Shown here piece by piece: positions 28,693 through 39,400 of a stretch of DNA of 64,000 nt. The notes under the pieces are model-generated. The model was not told the DNA's origin and did no database searches. It saw only the letters and a list, made by a program, of their open reading frames with translations. This DNA is from Carpediemonas membranifera BICM (lineage: Eukaryota > Protista > Fornicata), in contig JAHDYR010000069.1 of assembly GCA_019828565.1 (NCBI GenBank), forward strand, positions 663,794 through 727,793. The letters run 5' to 3'. How positions within the stretch are numbered: position 1 is the first letter of the stretch; the number at the start of each line of letters is the position of its first letter. A program made the position numbers and the translations under genes.

Positions 28693-31405
28693 AGGGCGTG
28701 TAGCTCATGAAGTTTGCCAAAAGCGCAATCCAGGACGCTTTAGCTTCCGGAGGCGTTGTAAGCACCCTTCAAGAGCCATCAGACGCGATTTTCGCGTTCC
28801 TCCGTGCGACTTTGCTTCGATATGTGCCGCCGTCGCTAATGCGGGAACATGCGTCGACAAGACAGCGTTTCAAACGAGCATTGTGCTCGAAGAACGTTAT
28901 CTCGATGCTATTTACTGCTGATGCCAGCGCTAAGAGCAAGCGTTTCAACGTCGCCGTCGCGAACGAAATCGTGTACTTCCTGTCGCCGCTATTCAACGCT
29001 CATCCTGTCCTGTTCGACAAAAAGGACTCCATTGACCGGATATCCGCTGGTCTGGAGCGCATCTGCCTTCACGTTGAACAGATGAAGCTTTCTCCGACAT
29101 CTCTTCGTCTCCTTATTCTCAAGCTCGACACGCGAGTGCTGCTGGACTCCTCTGGCACACAGAGCGTTCTTCATGAGAGTAAAAGAGACGATTTGATCGA
29201 CGAGTTGCTTTCCATGGGGTGCCCAATCAACACAATGGGCCTCCTGCCGTCGGATAGTCCGACTGATGCCAGCGGAACTCAGGCCGAACCGGTTAGTGTG
29301 CCCCAGGAGGCATCGTTGGCCGTGCCGGACTCCCCGCCGTCCGTTCCCGCCGAGTTGGCCGGGCCGGAGAATGCCTCGCCCAGCCCGTCTCAGACGAGGC
29401 CAGCCGCAGTGATTGTGCGCTCTCCGGAGCCACCACGTGCAGGCGGCCAGACATCTGAGGCGGGTGGTGCCGTTGCCCTGGTCGACAGAGTTGTAGGTGT
29501 TGAGTCACCTTACGGCACCGGGGGCGAGGCCTCTAGTCAGGATACCTCGGCACCCACGCAACCGAGCTCGAGCTCGGACAGCAGCCCTGCTGCTGTCATC
29601 AGGGCCACCTTTGACGAGTGGGTCCCCGACGCCATGCGCGCCGACCACTGGACCACTCCAGAGCAGGTGACGGCCACCCTGTGCGACCCAGCCCTCGTCC
29701 GGGCCCTTATGGACGAGTCCAACCGTGGGTCGGCCACGGGTCGATTCAGCCAGAGTCGGCTCCGGCAGCTCTGTGAGGCATTGAGGGGCTTTGTCCCCGA
29801 GACCGTCAGGTCGACACTGCCAGTCCTGCCCAACGGCGGTAGGATCTTCACCAAGCTGCCCCCGGTGGTTGCCAAGATCGCCCAGGCCTGCTTCGGGTCA
29901 GTCCCGCAGCCGGCGCCCCGGGTGACCTGGGTACCTGATGGGGCCGCACGCCAGCGCAGTGTCCCCGAGCCGTTCTTGCCAGCTCACAGCGCCATGTTTG
30001 TGGGGAAGTTGCTCCCCACGAAGAGGGCCAGACTGGCATGGGCGAAGAGCTTTGTCGCGCTGCTCAATGAGTACGCCGCAGCCCCGGCCCACGGGAAGCC
30101 CGACGTTGTCCGCCGCATCTTGACCTTCGCGCAGGGTCTCTATGCTCCTCCGGAGCGGACCACCGAGCAGCCCCGGCTGAAAGCCAGTGCGCGCGCACTC
30201 AGGTTGGGACAACGAGGCTTCTATTCTCGCGCCACGCAAGCTCTCTCCGCCGGAGAGTTCGCTGGGGATCGCGCGTGGGTGGAGGCCAGGCTCTGTGAGA
30301 GCCAGGTGCAGCCGTCTGGTAGTCGGCTGGCAGCAGTGTCGGGTCCCGCGTCCACACTGAACCACTGCCAAATGACTGTCCCTGCGGTGAAGAAGGCACT
30401 TAAGAGCCTCAACGCCGAGTCCGCACCGGGTCCTTCAGGCCTATCTTACCTTCATCTGAAGGCGATGGGCCGGGCCATCGGGTGGAATGAACTCGCCGCG
30501 GCTCTTGTGCCCCTGCTCGAGGATATGCTCGAGGGCGTCGCCTGCCTGGAGCCATTTTCCCACTGCATCCTTGTGCCGATCCCGAAGAAGGATGGCAAGC
30601 CGCGCCCCGTCTCAATAGGCGACAGCCTTCGTCGTCTCGCAGCGAAGGTGGCAGTTCGTCAGGCTGCTGCCCGGCTGCGGGACGACAAGGCGCTGCCGGG
30701 TCAGTATGGCCTCGGCGAGAAGTGCGGGCTCGAGGAGCTAACCAATCTTGTGAGGGAGCATCATCGTGGCGGCGGTCAGGTGATCGCTTTGGATCTTACC
30801 AACGCATATGGATGCATGAGTAGATCTCACCTTCGCGATGCGACAGCTGCATACTGCCCGTCGCTTTCCGAGTACCTCGAACTGATGTTGCTTAATCCAA
30901 TGCTGTTCTCAGCAACCGGGATGGTCCTCAGATCACTCGAAGGAATTCCGCAAGGGGATCCTACGAGCCCGCTGCTGTTCAGTTGCGGCATGAAGCCCCT
31001 TTTGGACGATCTTCGGACCGAGTTTCCAAACTACGCATTTTATGCCTATCAGGATGATGTCTACTGCCTGATGCCCAAGGACGCTACAGAGAGTGAGACG
31101 AACACGGTCATCATGACCGCGACGTCCAATTTCGCCAGAGTCGGGTTGAAGGTCAACGAGAAGAAGACTGTCATCGCCGGGCTGGGCCTAGTGGCCAGTG
31201 AATCCTCGCTTGCGCCGCGCGGCGAGGCTTTCAAGGTCCTGGGCACGCCGGTGGGGCCGGCTGCGTACGTCAAGGAGCAGGTCTGCAGGCAGTTCGAAGG
31301 CGTCAGCGAGCAGGCTGGACGCGTGAGCGACATGGTGGCAGACGTAGGGCCCACGTCTATCATCGTCGCTAACAACATGACGCGTGCGTGCCTGCTGCCC
31401 AAACT
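28693..31405 (+). mobile_element. RLE-type non-LTR retrotransposon, tandem unit 2, 3'-truncated by the DNA transposon
   Basis: Near-identical to unit 1 from agggcgtg to cccaaact; ORF from 28707 is open through the RT domain. Confidence 0.9.
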
Positions 31406-31480
31406 CATACTGTCCAGGGTTCAGGAATTTCCCTTATTGGGTAGGGGAATTTCCTCGGGCTTTCCCCCGAGGAAATTCCC
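31406..31480 (+). repeat. Left TIR
   Basis: Reverse complement of 48064-48138 (74/75). Confidence 0.95.
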
Positions 31481-31920
31481 TAGCATTTCGACTCGGTAAG
31501 AAAAAAAATAAATCAACAACGAGCTGTATTCATAATCTATAAATGAGGTTGAATACATGCCTACACATGAGGACTACTCATGCGTAGTTTTGAGCTTTAA
31601 ATCCTGCTAGAAAAAAGTAACATAGGGACAATTATTCCTTGGGAGTTCAGACTCAAAAATCGGGCTGGGGGGAGGAAATGGTCCATAAGTACGCCTTATG
31701 GGTCGCTTCCTCCTCTCTGCCCTTTTTTTATTGACTTCTGATTTGCCAGATTTGACACATGTTCGAGGTGAGTCTTAGATTACTCAAAATGGCCTCCTGA
31801 TTCAGCAGATAGACTCAAAATTTCACAATTCGTACTCAAAACCAATTTCAACAGACGTCTGTTGCAAAATCTGCCAAAAACGCACTTTAAAAGTCATTTT
31901 TGCAACAGACGTCTGTGGAA

Positions 31921-33174
31921 ATGGTCTTTAAGCTCTCCGCTGCCGATTTGACGCAACTACACAAGACTAACTACAGTAATACGTACATTGCCGACATTAG
32001 CGGGGTCAAAACTGTCGTCAAGGTCGATAACTGTATGACACTTCGCCTGACACACGAAAAGACGATACTTCAGGCAATGAAAAGCCCATTTATTGTTACA
32101 ATCGTCGATGTGGGCTTTGTTGACAGCGATCAAGCGTTTGCCACTCGCTTTGTTGACCATATGTCGTGGCGAGACGTTCTGGCACTACCAGTACCGGATC
32201 AATGTCGCTACTTGCGGCACTTACTGTTAGCTCTCAGCCATGTGCATGAGAATGGATTCATCCACGGCGACATCAAGCCCGACAACTACCTTTTCAACCG
32301 AGAAGACGGTGGATTACTCATTGACTTCGGCTCTGCCATCAAAATAGAGGCTCCTACTGGGATTAACAGGTATATGGGACAAGACATGAGAGGGACACCT
32401 GGTTTTATCCCCCCCGAGCTTCGTGCCGACGAACTCAGTCGGAAATCGAAGCATTGTACAGTAGCTATGCGGGAACCACAGAATTTGAACCCCTTCCAGG
32501 CTTCCAGGAACACCACAACCAGAAACACCAACATGCACACAGTTGATGCGGCATACGACATCTTTTCCTGCGGCGTTATCGTCCTCATGATGGCATTGCG
32601 ACTGGATAAGTCTCCATTTCGATCTGTGAGAGTGGATGGTGGCAAGCCAAGTAACCCAGACGAGCATATTGGCGCTCTATATAACATGGCGTACTTCTAC
32701 GGCCGCGAAATCACGATACACAGCAAGAAGAAGAATGCAGCCCGTGGTTTGATGATCAATCCGACTCTCTGCACGAGAGGAAGCCCTCCGACACAGTATA
32801 GGAGCCTTTATGACCTTGCAATGGGGATGCTCAGCTATAATCCGGAGGATAGACCAACAGCTTTGATGTGCGCTGAACATCTCAACGATATCGCCGCCCT
32901 AGCAGCAACGTTCGCATCAACACCACTGATGATCAACGACCAGGTGACAATCTCTCAGGAAACGCTCGCTGCCGCCAAACTCACCGTTGAAGCACTTCGA
33001 GAAACCCGATTTGCTGGCCGATGCATTGCATGTGGCATGCCGGTTCACGATAATCGAACAATAACTTGCAAGACACACCACCAAGATTACAGAAGCATCA
33101 TGAACCCCCACACAAAGAGAAGAGGACGAGTTTGGAGGGTTCATCGTGATCTATCATTGATTATTGATATGTAA
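31921..33174 (+). CDS. Ser/Thr protein kinase, CDC7-like, with C-terminal Cys/His cluster
   Basis: VVK, HEK, HGDIKPDNYLF, IDFG, RGTPGFIPPE, DIFSCG, RPTA; degenerate Gly-loop; CIAC..H..C..H tail. Confidence 0.85.
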   Translation: MVFKLSAADLTQLHKTNYSNTYIADISGVKTVVKVDNCMTLRLTHEKTILQAMKSPFIVTIVDVGFVDSDQAFATRFVDHMSWRDVLALPVPDQCRYLRHLLLALSHVHENGFIHGDIKPDNYLFNREDGGLLIDFGSAIKIEAPTGINRYMGQDMRGTPGFIPPELRADELSRKSKHCTVAMREPQNLNPFQASRNTTTRNTNMHTVDAAYDIFSCGVIVLMMALRLDKSPFRSVRVDGGKPSNPDEHIGALYNMAYFYGREITIHSKKKNAARGLMINPTLCTRGSPPTQYRSLYDLAMGMLSYNPEDRPTALMCAEHLNDIAALAATFASTPLMINDQVTISQETLAAAKLTVEALRETRFAGRCIACGMPVHDNRTITCKTHHQDYRSIMNPHTKRRGRVWRVHRDLSLIIDM

Positions 33175-33284
33175 CCGCCCAGTATCGAATCACCTCACTA
33201 CCATGGGATGATCGCATTCACCTTCAAAGAAAGAGATGAGGCCGCATACTCGACCAGATATAAAGGAGATATGCTGCAGCCTTG

Positions 33285-33353
33285 AAAAGAAAGAAAGAAA
33301 GAAAAGAAATTTATGGTGCTTGGATTCTGACCCCGGACTGAGCTTGTTTCCCG
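33285..33353 (-). mobile_element. 69-bp 5'-truncated copy of the LINE-like element
   Basis: Matches the 3' end at 15874-15933 including the (TTTC)n tail; 13-bp TSD tgctgcagccttg at 33272-33284 and 33354-33366. Confidence 0.92.
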
Positions 33354-33622
33354 TGCTGCAGCCTTGCGCTGGCTTTATAGACAATACCCAGTTGTTTACA
33401 CTAAAACCGAAAAATCAGTCCAGTAGACGCTCGAATCGAACTGGAGTGGGGTGGCTGTGATACAGTGTTCGTTCCTGTAGTACCCAGGCAGAAGACCCGA
33501 CCGGACGATATGGCCTGGAACTCTACCGGCAAAAAGCAGCTGGCGGCCGCTGAGGAATATGTGGAAGGCGCTTCCAGAATGATCTTTACACTACTTTCTT
33601 TGCTTCTATCTTGTACTTACTG

Positions 33623-35302
33623 TTAATCACTCTCATCATCTTTTTGTCTACTTGTGGATGACGGAGCGCCTTCCTGTATTTGCGCTTTTCTTTTGATACC
33701 CTCTGGGAGACTGACAAGTTCCGCATGGTCGTCCTGGAGCAGAATAAAGTGGGTAATGCCATGTCTGGAACAGAACACCTGGAAATTCTCACAACGATCA
33801 GCAGCTGAGTCGCCAGAAGGGTACAAACCCCAAAACTGGTGACCATGTGTGAACAATATCACTGTAGAATTATTACCGTTGTTGCACACCATGATGACAT
33901 TACGCATGTAGATCATGGAAAACTCTCGCACAGCATCATCGGTAAGCCAGCCCATCTTGGAAAACAGTTCTGCCTTAGCGGAATCCTCCGTCAGAGCCGT
34001 CCGCTTCACCCGGCTTTCCACCAGCTCGGCACGCAAAGCCATGGCTGCCTCAAGATCTGTTCTGTGGGTCGGGGTGGTCATATCCCGGAAATGGCCGTCC
34101 CTAATCATGCAACAGCAGTGCGCAACACAGCTGCCATCACGGTGTGTCGAGTATTTCCTCCATGACTTCAACCCATTCACAATTTCCTCAACGAAGGACT
34201 GTGGCTGACCGCTGGTGCCGATTGGAATCTCTTTCTTCTCAATCATATTGTTGATGTGAGACTCAATGGCCACAGATGACTCGTGTTCAGACTTGATCAA
34301 GAGCAGAGAGCGAAAGTCGACGATCTTAGCAGTGGAATCGAAGTTCGGGTACGCAGGCCGGTAAACCTTGTTAAGCAAAGGATAACAACGCGGCGGGAGT
34401 CTTGCGTCTTCCTCCGATACGATCTTCGCTTTTGCACAACCGTCAGGTCTTGCGATAATGACTCTTCGCTTCATGTACGAGAGCTTGGACATCCAGAACC
34501 AGAATTGCGCGATCTCATGGAGGTGATCTGGCTGAGTCATGATTCTGATGAGCCACGTGGCGTCATGGGCGGCAAGTTCGACGGCGGGTAGCTCATCTGG
34601 TGTCAAAAGCACCACACACCGTTGCATTGTGAACTTGAACTTGCCAGAATACAACTGAAAGATCGGCCGTGGGTCACGGGCGGAAGACTGGCAGGCGGCA
34701 ATATACACACCCATGATTCGGGCGAACTTGCAGACATGACTCTCATAATTCTTCAGAATTGCCTCGATGAAGTCGAAGGCAGTTGTCCAGATGGCTGGTA
34801 TCGTGCGGGCATCGACCACAAACCGACCATCAGAGTCCGAGTGACCAGTGATAATGAAAAAAGTCTCATAGTCACCATACAGCTTGCCGAATTCCTTGAT
34901 TTTCGCCTCAAAATCGTCCTCGTTCTCGAACTGGGCCGTCTCGATAACCGTATACTCGCTATGCATTGCCGCAAAGATCTGACGAATGCGTTCTGCGTGC
35001 CCTCCAATGGAGACAGATTCATCAATCGAAAACTGCCTGCTATCTCCAGCAACGAACCCATAGGTTGGCTCGAACACGATGAGGACACGTGTATTCTTCA
35101 GCGCCAGTGCAGTACGGGTGCACTTGTGACGTCGGGATGGCGAGGGAAAACCGACGTTGCGTGTTTCGCTACTGATGTCCCCACAGACACATTCAAACAG
35201 CTTTGATCCATCCAGATATCGATTTCTCCACCCCATTGCATTGAAAAATGTCTGATCGTCGTTCATGACGCCAATGCCAAATTGAGGGTGAGAAAATGGC
35301 AT
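33623..35302 (-). CDS. Putative caspase-like peptidase + OTU-like deubiquitinase fusion
   Basis: FFIITGHSD...VYIAACQS (His-Cys dyad); RDGSCVAH...GWLTD...RNVIMV...LLQDDHAELV (OTU-like). Confidence 0.6.
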   Translation of the reverse strand: MPFSHPQFGIGVMNDDQTFFNAMGWRNRYLDGSKLFECVCGDISSETRNVGFPSPSRRHKCTRTALALKNTRVLIVFEPTYGFVAGDSRQFSIDESVSIGGHAERIRQIFAAMHSEYTVIETAQFENEDDFEAKIKEFGKLYGDYETFFIITGHSDSDGRFVVDARTIPAIWTTAFDFIEAILKNYESHVCKFARIMGVYIAACQSSARDPRPIFQLYSGKFKFTMQRCVVLLTPDELPAVELAAHDATWLIRIMTQPDHLHEIAQFWFWMSKLSYMKRRVIIARPDGCAKAKIVSEEDARLPPRCYPLLNKVYRPAYPNFDSTAKIVDFRSLLLIKSEHESSVAIESHINNMIEKKEIPIGTSGQPQSFVEEIVNGLKSWRKYSTHRDGSCVAHCCCMIRDGHFRDMTTPTHRTDLEAAMALRAELVESRVKRTALTEDSAKAELFSKMGWLTDDAVREFSMIYMRNVIMVCNNGNNSTVILFTHGHQFWGLYPSGDSAADRCENFQVFCSRHGITHFILLQDDHAELVSLPEGIKRKAQIQEGAPSSTSRQKDDESD

Positions 35303-35364
35303 CGCACTTTAAAAGCAGCTTTATGTGAGAAATGTATTGCATATAATTCTGCATTCAGAAGACG

Positions 35365-36223
35365 ATGGCTAGAACAAAGCAAACGGCTCGCCGGCCTACG
35401 CAAGGTGGAAAGGCGCCTCGCAAGCAGTTAGCAGCGATAGCTGCGCGGAAACGAATACTTCGTCGTACCGCACCTACAAGCCGTTGTCTCAGGCCGCGTT
35501 GGAGAATTGCACGGCAGTCCTGCAAAAAGGCTGATGCTGATATCCAAGAAACTATTCTGTCGTGCATCAAGAAGACGGAGGCGCACAACTTCAAGCAGAT
35601 GGTCAAGAATTCAACACGAGCTGGTTTCCGACTTGCATTCAACACTGAGTCCGAGTCTGTCCACATGAACCCATCGAGGGAAGGACGAGGTGGCAGCGCG
35701 GGCAGAAGCTGCTTACCAATCAGCGCTGCATGCCTTCCGCAGCGTTGACCCTGAGACTGCTGCGACAGAAGATATGAAGACACTGCTTGACACCTTAGCG
35801 GTTGCTCTTGACGCAACGCCAGATGTGCCACATGCTCGCCTGGATCCTGAAGAACAGCGTCGGTTCCTGAAGCTGAAGGATACGAAGAAATTCTCCAAGT
35901 ACTGCCTTCCTCGCAGTGACGAGAAGTTTTTCTCGACCAATCTTCGCGCTGCCTTGCGCGAACACCTAGCGAAGGTGTTTCCAAACCTCCCTTGGAACAA
36001 GATTGTCTCCTGCTTCTCCCCTGAAGCGATCAATGCTGATTTCTTTATCCTGTCCACGAGCAATGCCACCTACGACGAAGCTTGCCTGACAATGCCGTCT
36101 GATGAGAGAAAGAAGCTTCGCAACCATCTTTCCATGACTGAAGAACGGCAGATTGCTCGTCAAGAGATGGAGGTTGAGATTTACCAGTTTTTAAGAGAGC
36201 TCGGTATGTTCTCTACAGTGTAA
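35365..36223 (+). CDS. Histone H3 N-tail-bearing protein (two frames: 35365-35748 and 35690-36223)
   Basis: MARTKQTARRPTQGGKAPRKQLAAIAARK matches 23 of the first 27 H3 residues with one insertion; downstream sequence is at best weakly H3-like. Confidence 0.75.
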
Positions 36224-36311
36224 AGATGCAATTGTTGACCATTGACTCGATCAGCGCGCCTCTAAACCCCACTATTCGAAGGCGTCTCTGCGGGCTGAAG
36301 AGACATAAAGG

Positions 36312-37220
36312 TTAAAACAGTTTAAGGAACTCGTCCAACGTCTTCGCATTGTGCGTCATGGCCACCTTGTCCTTCTTCGTCAACCTCGATTTGGTACCCT
36401 TTCTCTTCACAGTCGTCTTCTTCTTCTTAGAAGGCTCCCAGCTCCCATTGGCGCATGCTTTTCTTAGCTTCTTCTGCTCTAATCTGTACTTCTCCTCCTC
36501 CGTCATGTCTGCTTCCTTTTTCTTTGCCTTCGCCTTCTTCTTCGACTTCATTACATCTAACTTCTTCGCCTTCTCTGCATCCTCCTGGACCACGCGAGAA
36601 ATTGAGTGCTTCACGTCCTTCGGTACATCACGATTCCTCGCATGCTTAACCACGACAAAGACATTATCGTCAGTGCCGCCACCTTCAAGGATGACCTTGT
36701 CCTTTGGGATCTTGCTGGTGGCAACCAAGAAGCAGATCGGCTTCTTATCCACCTTGAATAGGGCAAACCTGCAGTTGCCAGCAGCCGAATGATGGCAAAG
36801 CTTGTTGACGCATGCTTCATCAGGAGTCATGAGGTGCAGCTGTGACGATAGCTGAATCCGAGAAGGCTGATCGCTAAGAACACCCTTGGCAATCCCGAGC
36901 ACTTCTCCCTCATCAACATCGCCAGCCGTGACCAAACCATACATCATGTCATCGCCCTTTGACACCATGCATGTGCTGCACTTCAGAGAAATGAGCGATT
37001 GGCCGTCAAGCTCGACAATTTGGTCATCATCGAAAGGCAAGGCGTCTATCTTCATCGCGGCTTCGCCCATGTCCGCCCAATTTGCATAGACACGACGCGC
37101 AAGCTCTTCCGGAAAGCAATCGCAGCAAAAGTTGACAGTTCCACTTTCTTGCTGCATTCTACGCAGTTTATACCAGCAGTTTATACGCAGCAATGACACA
37201 GCACCAAGAGCGTGGCACAC
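36312..37220 (-). CDS. Divergent SET-domain protein with Lys-rich C-terminus
   Basis: YGLVTAGDVDEGEVLG..KG; NKLCHHSAAGNC (NHS-like); LVATSKIPKDKVI; terminal Tyr motif missing. Confidence 0.65.
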   Translation of the reverse strand: MCHALGAVSLLRINCWYKLRRMQQESGTVNFCCDCFPEELARRVYANWADMGEAAMKIDALPFDDDQIVELDGQSLISLKCSTCMVSKGDDMMYGLVTAGDVDEGEVLGIAKGVLSDQPSRIQLSSQLHLMTPDEACVNKLCHHSAAGNCRFALFKVDKKPICFLVATSKIPKDKVILEGGGTDDNVFVVVKHARNRDVPKDVKHSISRVVQEDAEKAKKLDVMKSKKKAKAKKKEADMTEEEKYRLEQKKLRKACANGSWEPSKKKKTTVKRKGTKSRLTKKDKVAMTHNAKTLDEFLKLF

Positions 37221-37328
37221 AACCCTTCAATGACCCATGTAAGGTTGGGTGGGTCTTATGTCAGGCTGTTTCTTTTCAATCATTTCAATCATATCCTGCA
37301 CAGACTTCGTTGATGAAGAAGTTCTGCT

Positions 37329-38078
37329 ATGACGAAGCCGGCTTGTCGCGACGAGAACTGGGCCATAGAACTGAAATCGGCATCCGAATATCGCGGCACG
37401 CATGGGTATTTACCCCCAGAAATGTTCAAAGTGTGTTCGTGTTCGGTCATTCCGCCGTCAACGAGCGCCATACGAGACCTCCAAGCATACGCGCATGACT
37501 GCATCGGCTCTTCCCGCCTGTTCTTCATGTCGTCACACCTGCCTCCGACATTTACTCGTGCGGTGTAGTCATTGCTCTTTTACGGTCTCCCCAAGTCCCC
37601 CTTTGCCGCGAAGGTGACTGACATGGCGCAGATCGACAACAAGAAGAAGAATAAGATGCTGAAGCTTGGTAGCTTGCTGAACTGGTGCCACTTCTATGGT
37701 GGGCAGTTGCAGTTGTCACGTAAGACACTCGAACCGCTCAGAGATTGTCTCAACTTCGTGAACGTGAACTCTGCACTACCGATTCGCGGCACAACGCCAC
37801 CCACTTGCCTCGGAATGTACGACCTGGCAATGCAGATGCTCCACTTCGACCCAACGAAGCGTCCCACTGCTGCCGAATGTCTTGACAAGCTCAAGGTCAT
37901 CATGCGCGTGCATGAATGCGTCGCCAAGCCGAGTCCGCTTCTGTTAGATGACACTGAACAGGTCTTACTCTCTGTAGATCAGCGAAAGAGAATGGTCGAC
38001 TGCTGCCAACTGGGGTCCTGGAGGAAAAGTTTAGAGATGCGATTCGAAAGGGTCGTAGCATTGAACTCGAAACCATGA
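37329..38078 (+). pseudogene. Second kinase, C-lobe fragment, paralog of 31921-33174
   Basis: YRGTHGYLPPE; KSPF; YDLAMQMLHFDPTKRPTAAEC vs YDLAMGMLSYNPEDRPTALMC. Confidence 0.75.
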
Positions 38079-39400
38079 GTCCTAAGAACACCGGCGCATG
38101 CCCAACACTCACCCCCGGTGAAGCCTGGCCGTGGTTTGAACATATACCGACACATAACTGGGTAAATACGTAAATGTTGTGCGAAAATTGCGTCTTGTTC
38201 TGCACAGAGCGATGACGAAACTAAAACGGAACAAGAAGAGGCCTGAAGATTTAACTGCCCGGCGGTGCAGGTTCGTCAAGTGGCCGGAGATGCCGCTTCC
38301 AGTAAGGTGTATGCCGTACAGCTCGCCGTATCCATCTCCGTGCCCGTCTCCATCCCCCACTCCGCCTTCAACGCCAGCCCCCGCCACGCCTGTTGTAAGT
38401 CCGCCTCCATCTCCTGTCCGCAGTTCACCACCGAGTCTCGAAATCGAATCACCTCACTACCATGATTCCCCGCAATACCATGATGTATGTGATGACCATT
38501 AAACGATCTCCTTCTATACAATGACTTCTGAAGCCGTCCGACCAACGGCACAGAACGGTTTATAGCATGCATATGATCCATTCTGGTGCCTTTATCCTCT
38601 ATAACCAACATCAGTCCATCAAAATGAATCTTGCAACAGAATACTCATCCACACGCATCGAGAACGAAAAAGAAGCATATAACCAACATCAACAACCTAA
38701 TAGAAGGCTGCATGCAAGCGTAGAGCTCTCCTAGTCGATTCTTCAATTTATCAAGCATCAATCTCCACGTCAGGATGAAACTGTGCGCCCAAAAGCTCAG
38801 AGATGCCGTTATAGATGATATAACGACGTCTCTGAGCTTTTCAGCGATGTCAGTTTCTGGCCACGTCAAGTTCGGCTCTGCGAAAATAACAGTGCATTGC
38901 ACTATAAGTCATACATTTGGAATACAGCAATGCACTGTTATTTTCGCCAAAACCACGCTGACCTACCATTGTCCATGGGCTTGACGGGGGTGATCTTCTC
39001 GGCTTGGATTTGGCTGAAACTTGGTATATGTGTAGTATTTGATATGTTAGGACGGATCCAAGATTTTTACATATCGTTCGAGTCTATTTACCGAGATATA
39101 CGTAAAGCAAAATTAGGGTTGAGTCTATTCTGGCTGAAAAGCGGTATGGTGGGTTCTCTGACTGTCTGAACACGGCTCCAGAAGTTTTACGTGATGAATT
39201 GGCATATTTATATTGCTTTGCGTAAACAGAAAATTTTGACAGTACCTACAATCAACTACCTGCATATACATGCTATAAACATGCTTAAAATGCCTTCAGT
39301 CGTACGTGCTATATACTAAAGCTCTTCCTGCATCTTATTTCGAAAGAACAAAATATTCACTCTGAAAATAACACTGCATTGCTGTGAAATTTTGGAAAAG

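Noticed and set aside
24675-31405. True R2 inserted in 28S rDNA
   Set aside because: No rRNA sequence flanks either unit.
264-31408. Numerous 60-230-aa antisense or alternate-frame ORFs
   Set aside because: Shadows of GC-rich retroelement coding sequence with no motifs.
31421-31480. NF-kB binding sites (GGGAATTTCC)
   Set aside because: The match lies within TIR palindromes and there is no evidence of an animal host; better explained as transposase sites.
35365-35748. Canonical histone H3 gene
   Set aside because: Similarity collapses after K27; no clear YRPG/LLIRKLPF/histone-fold sequence in frame.
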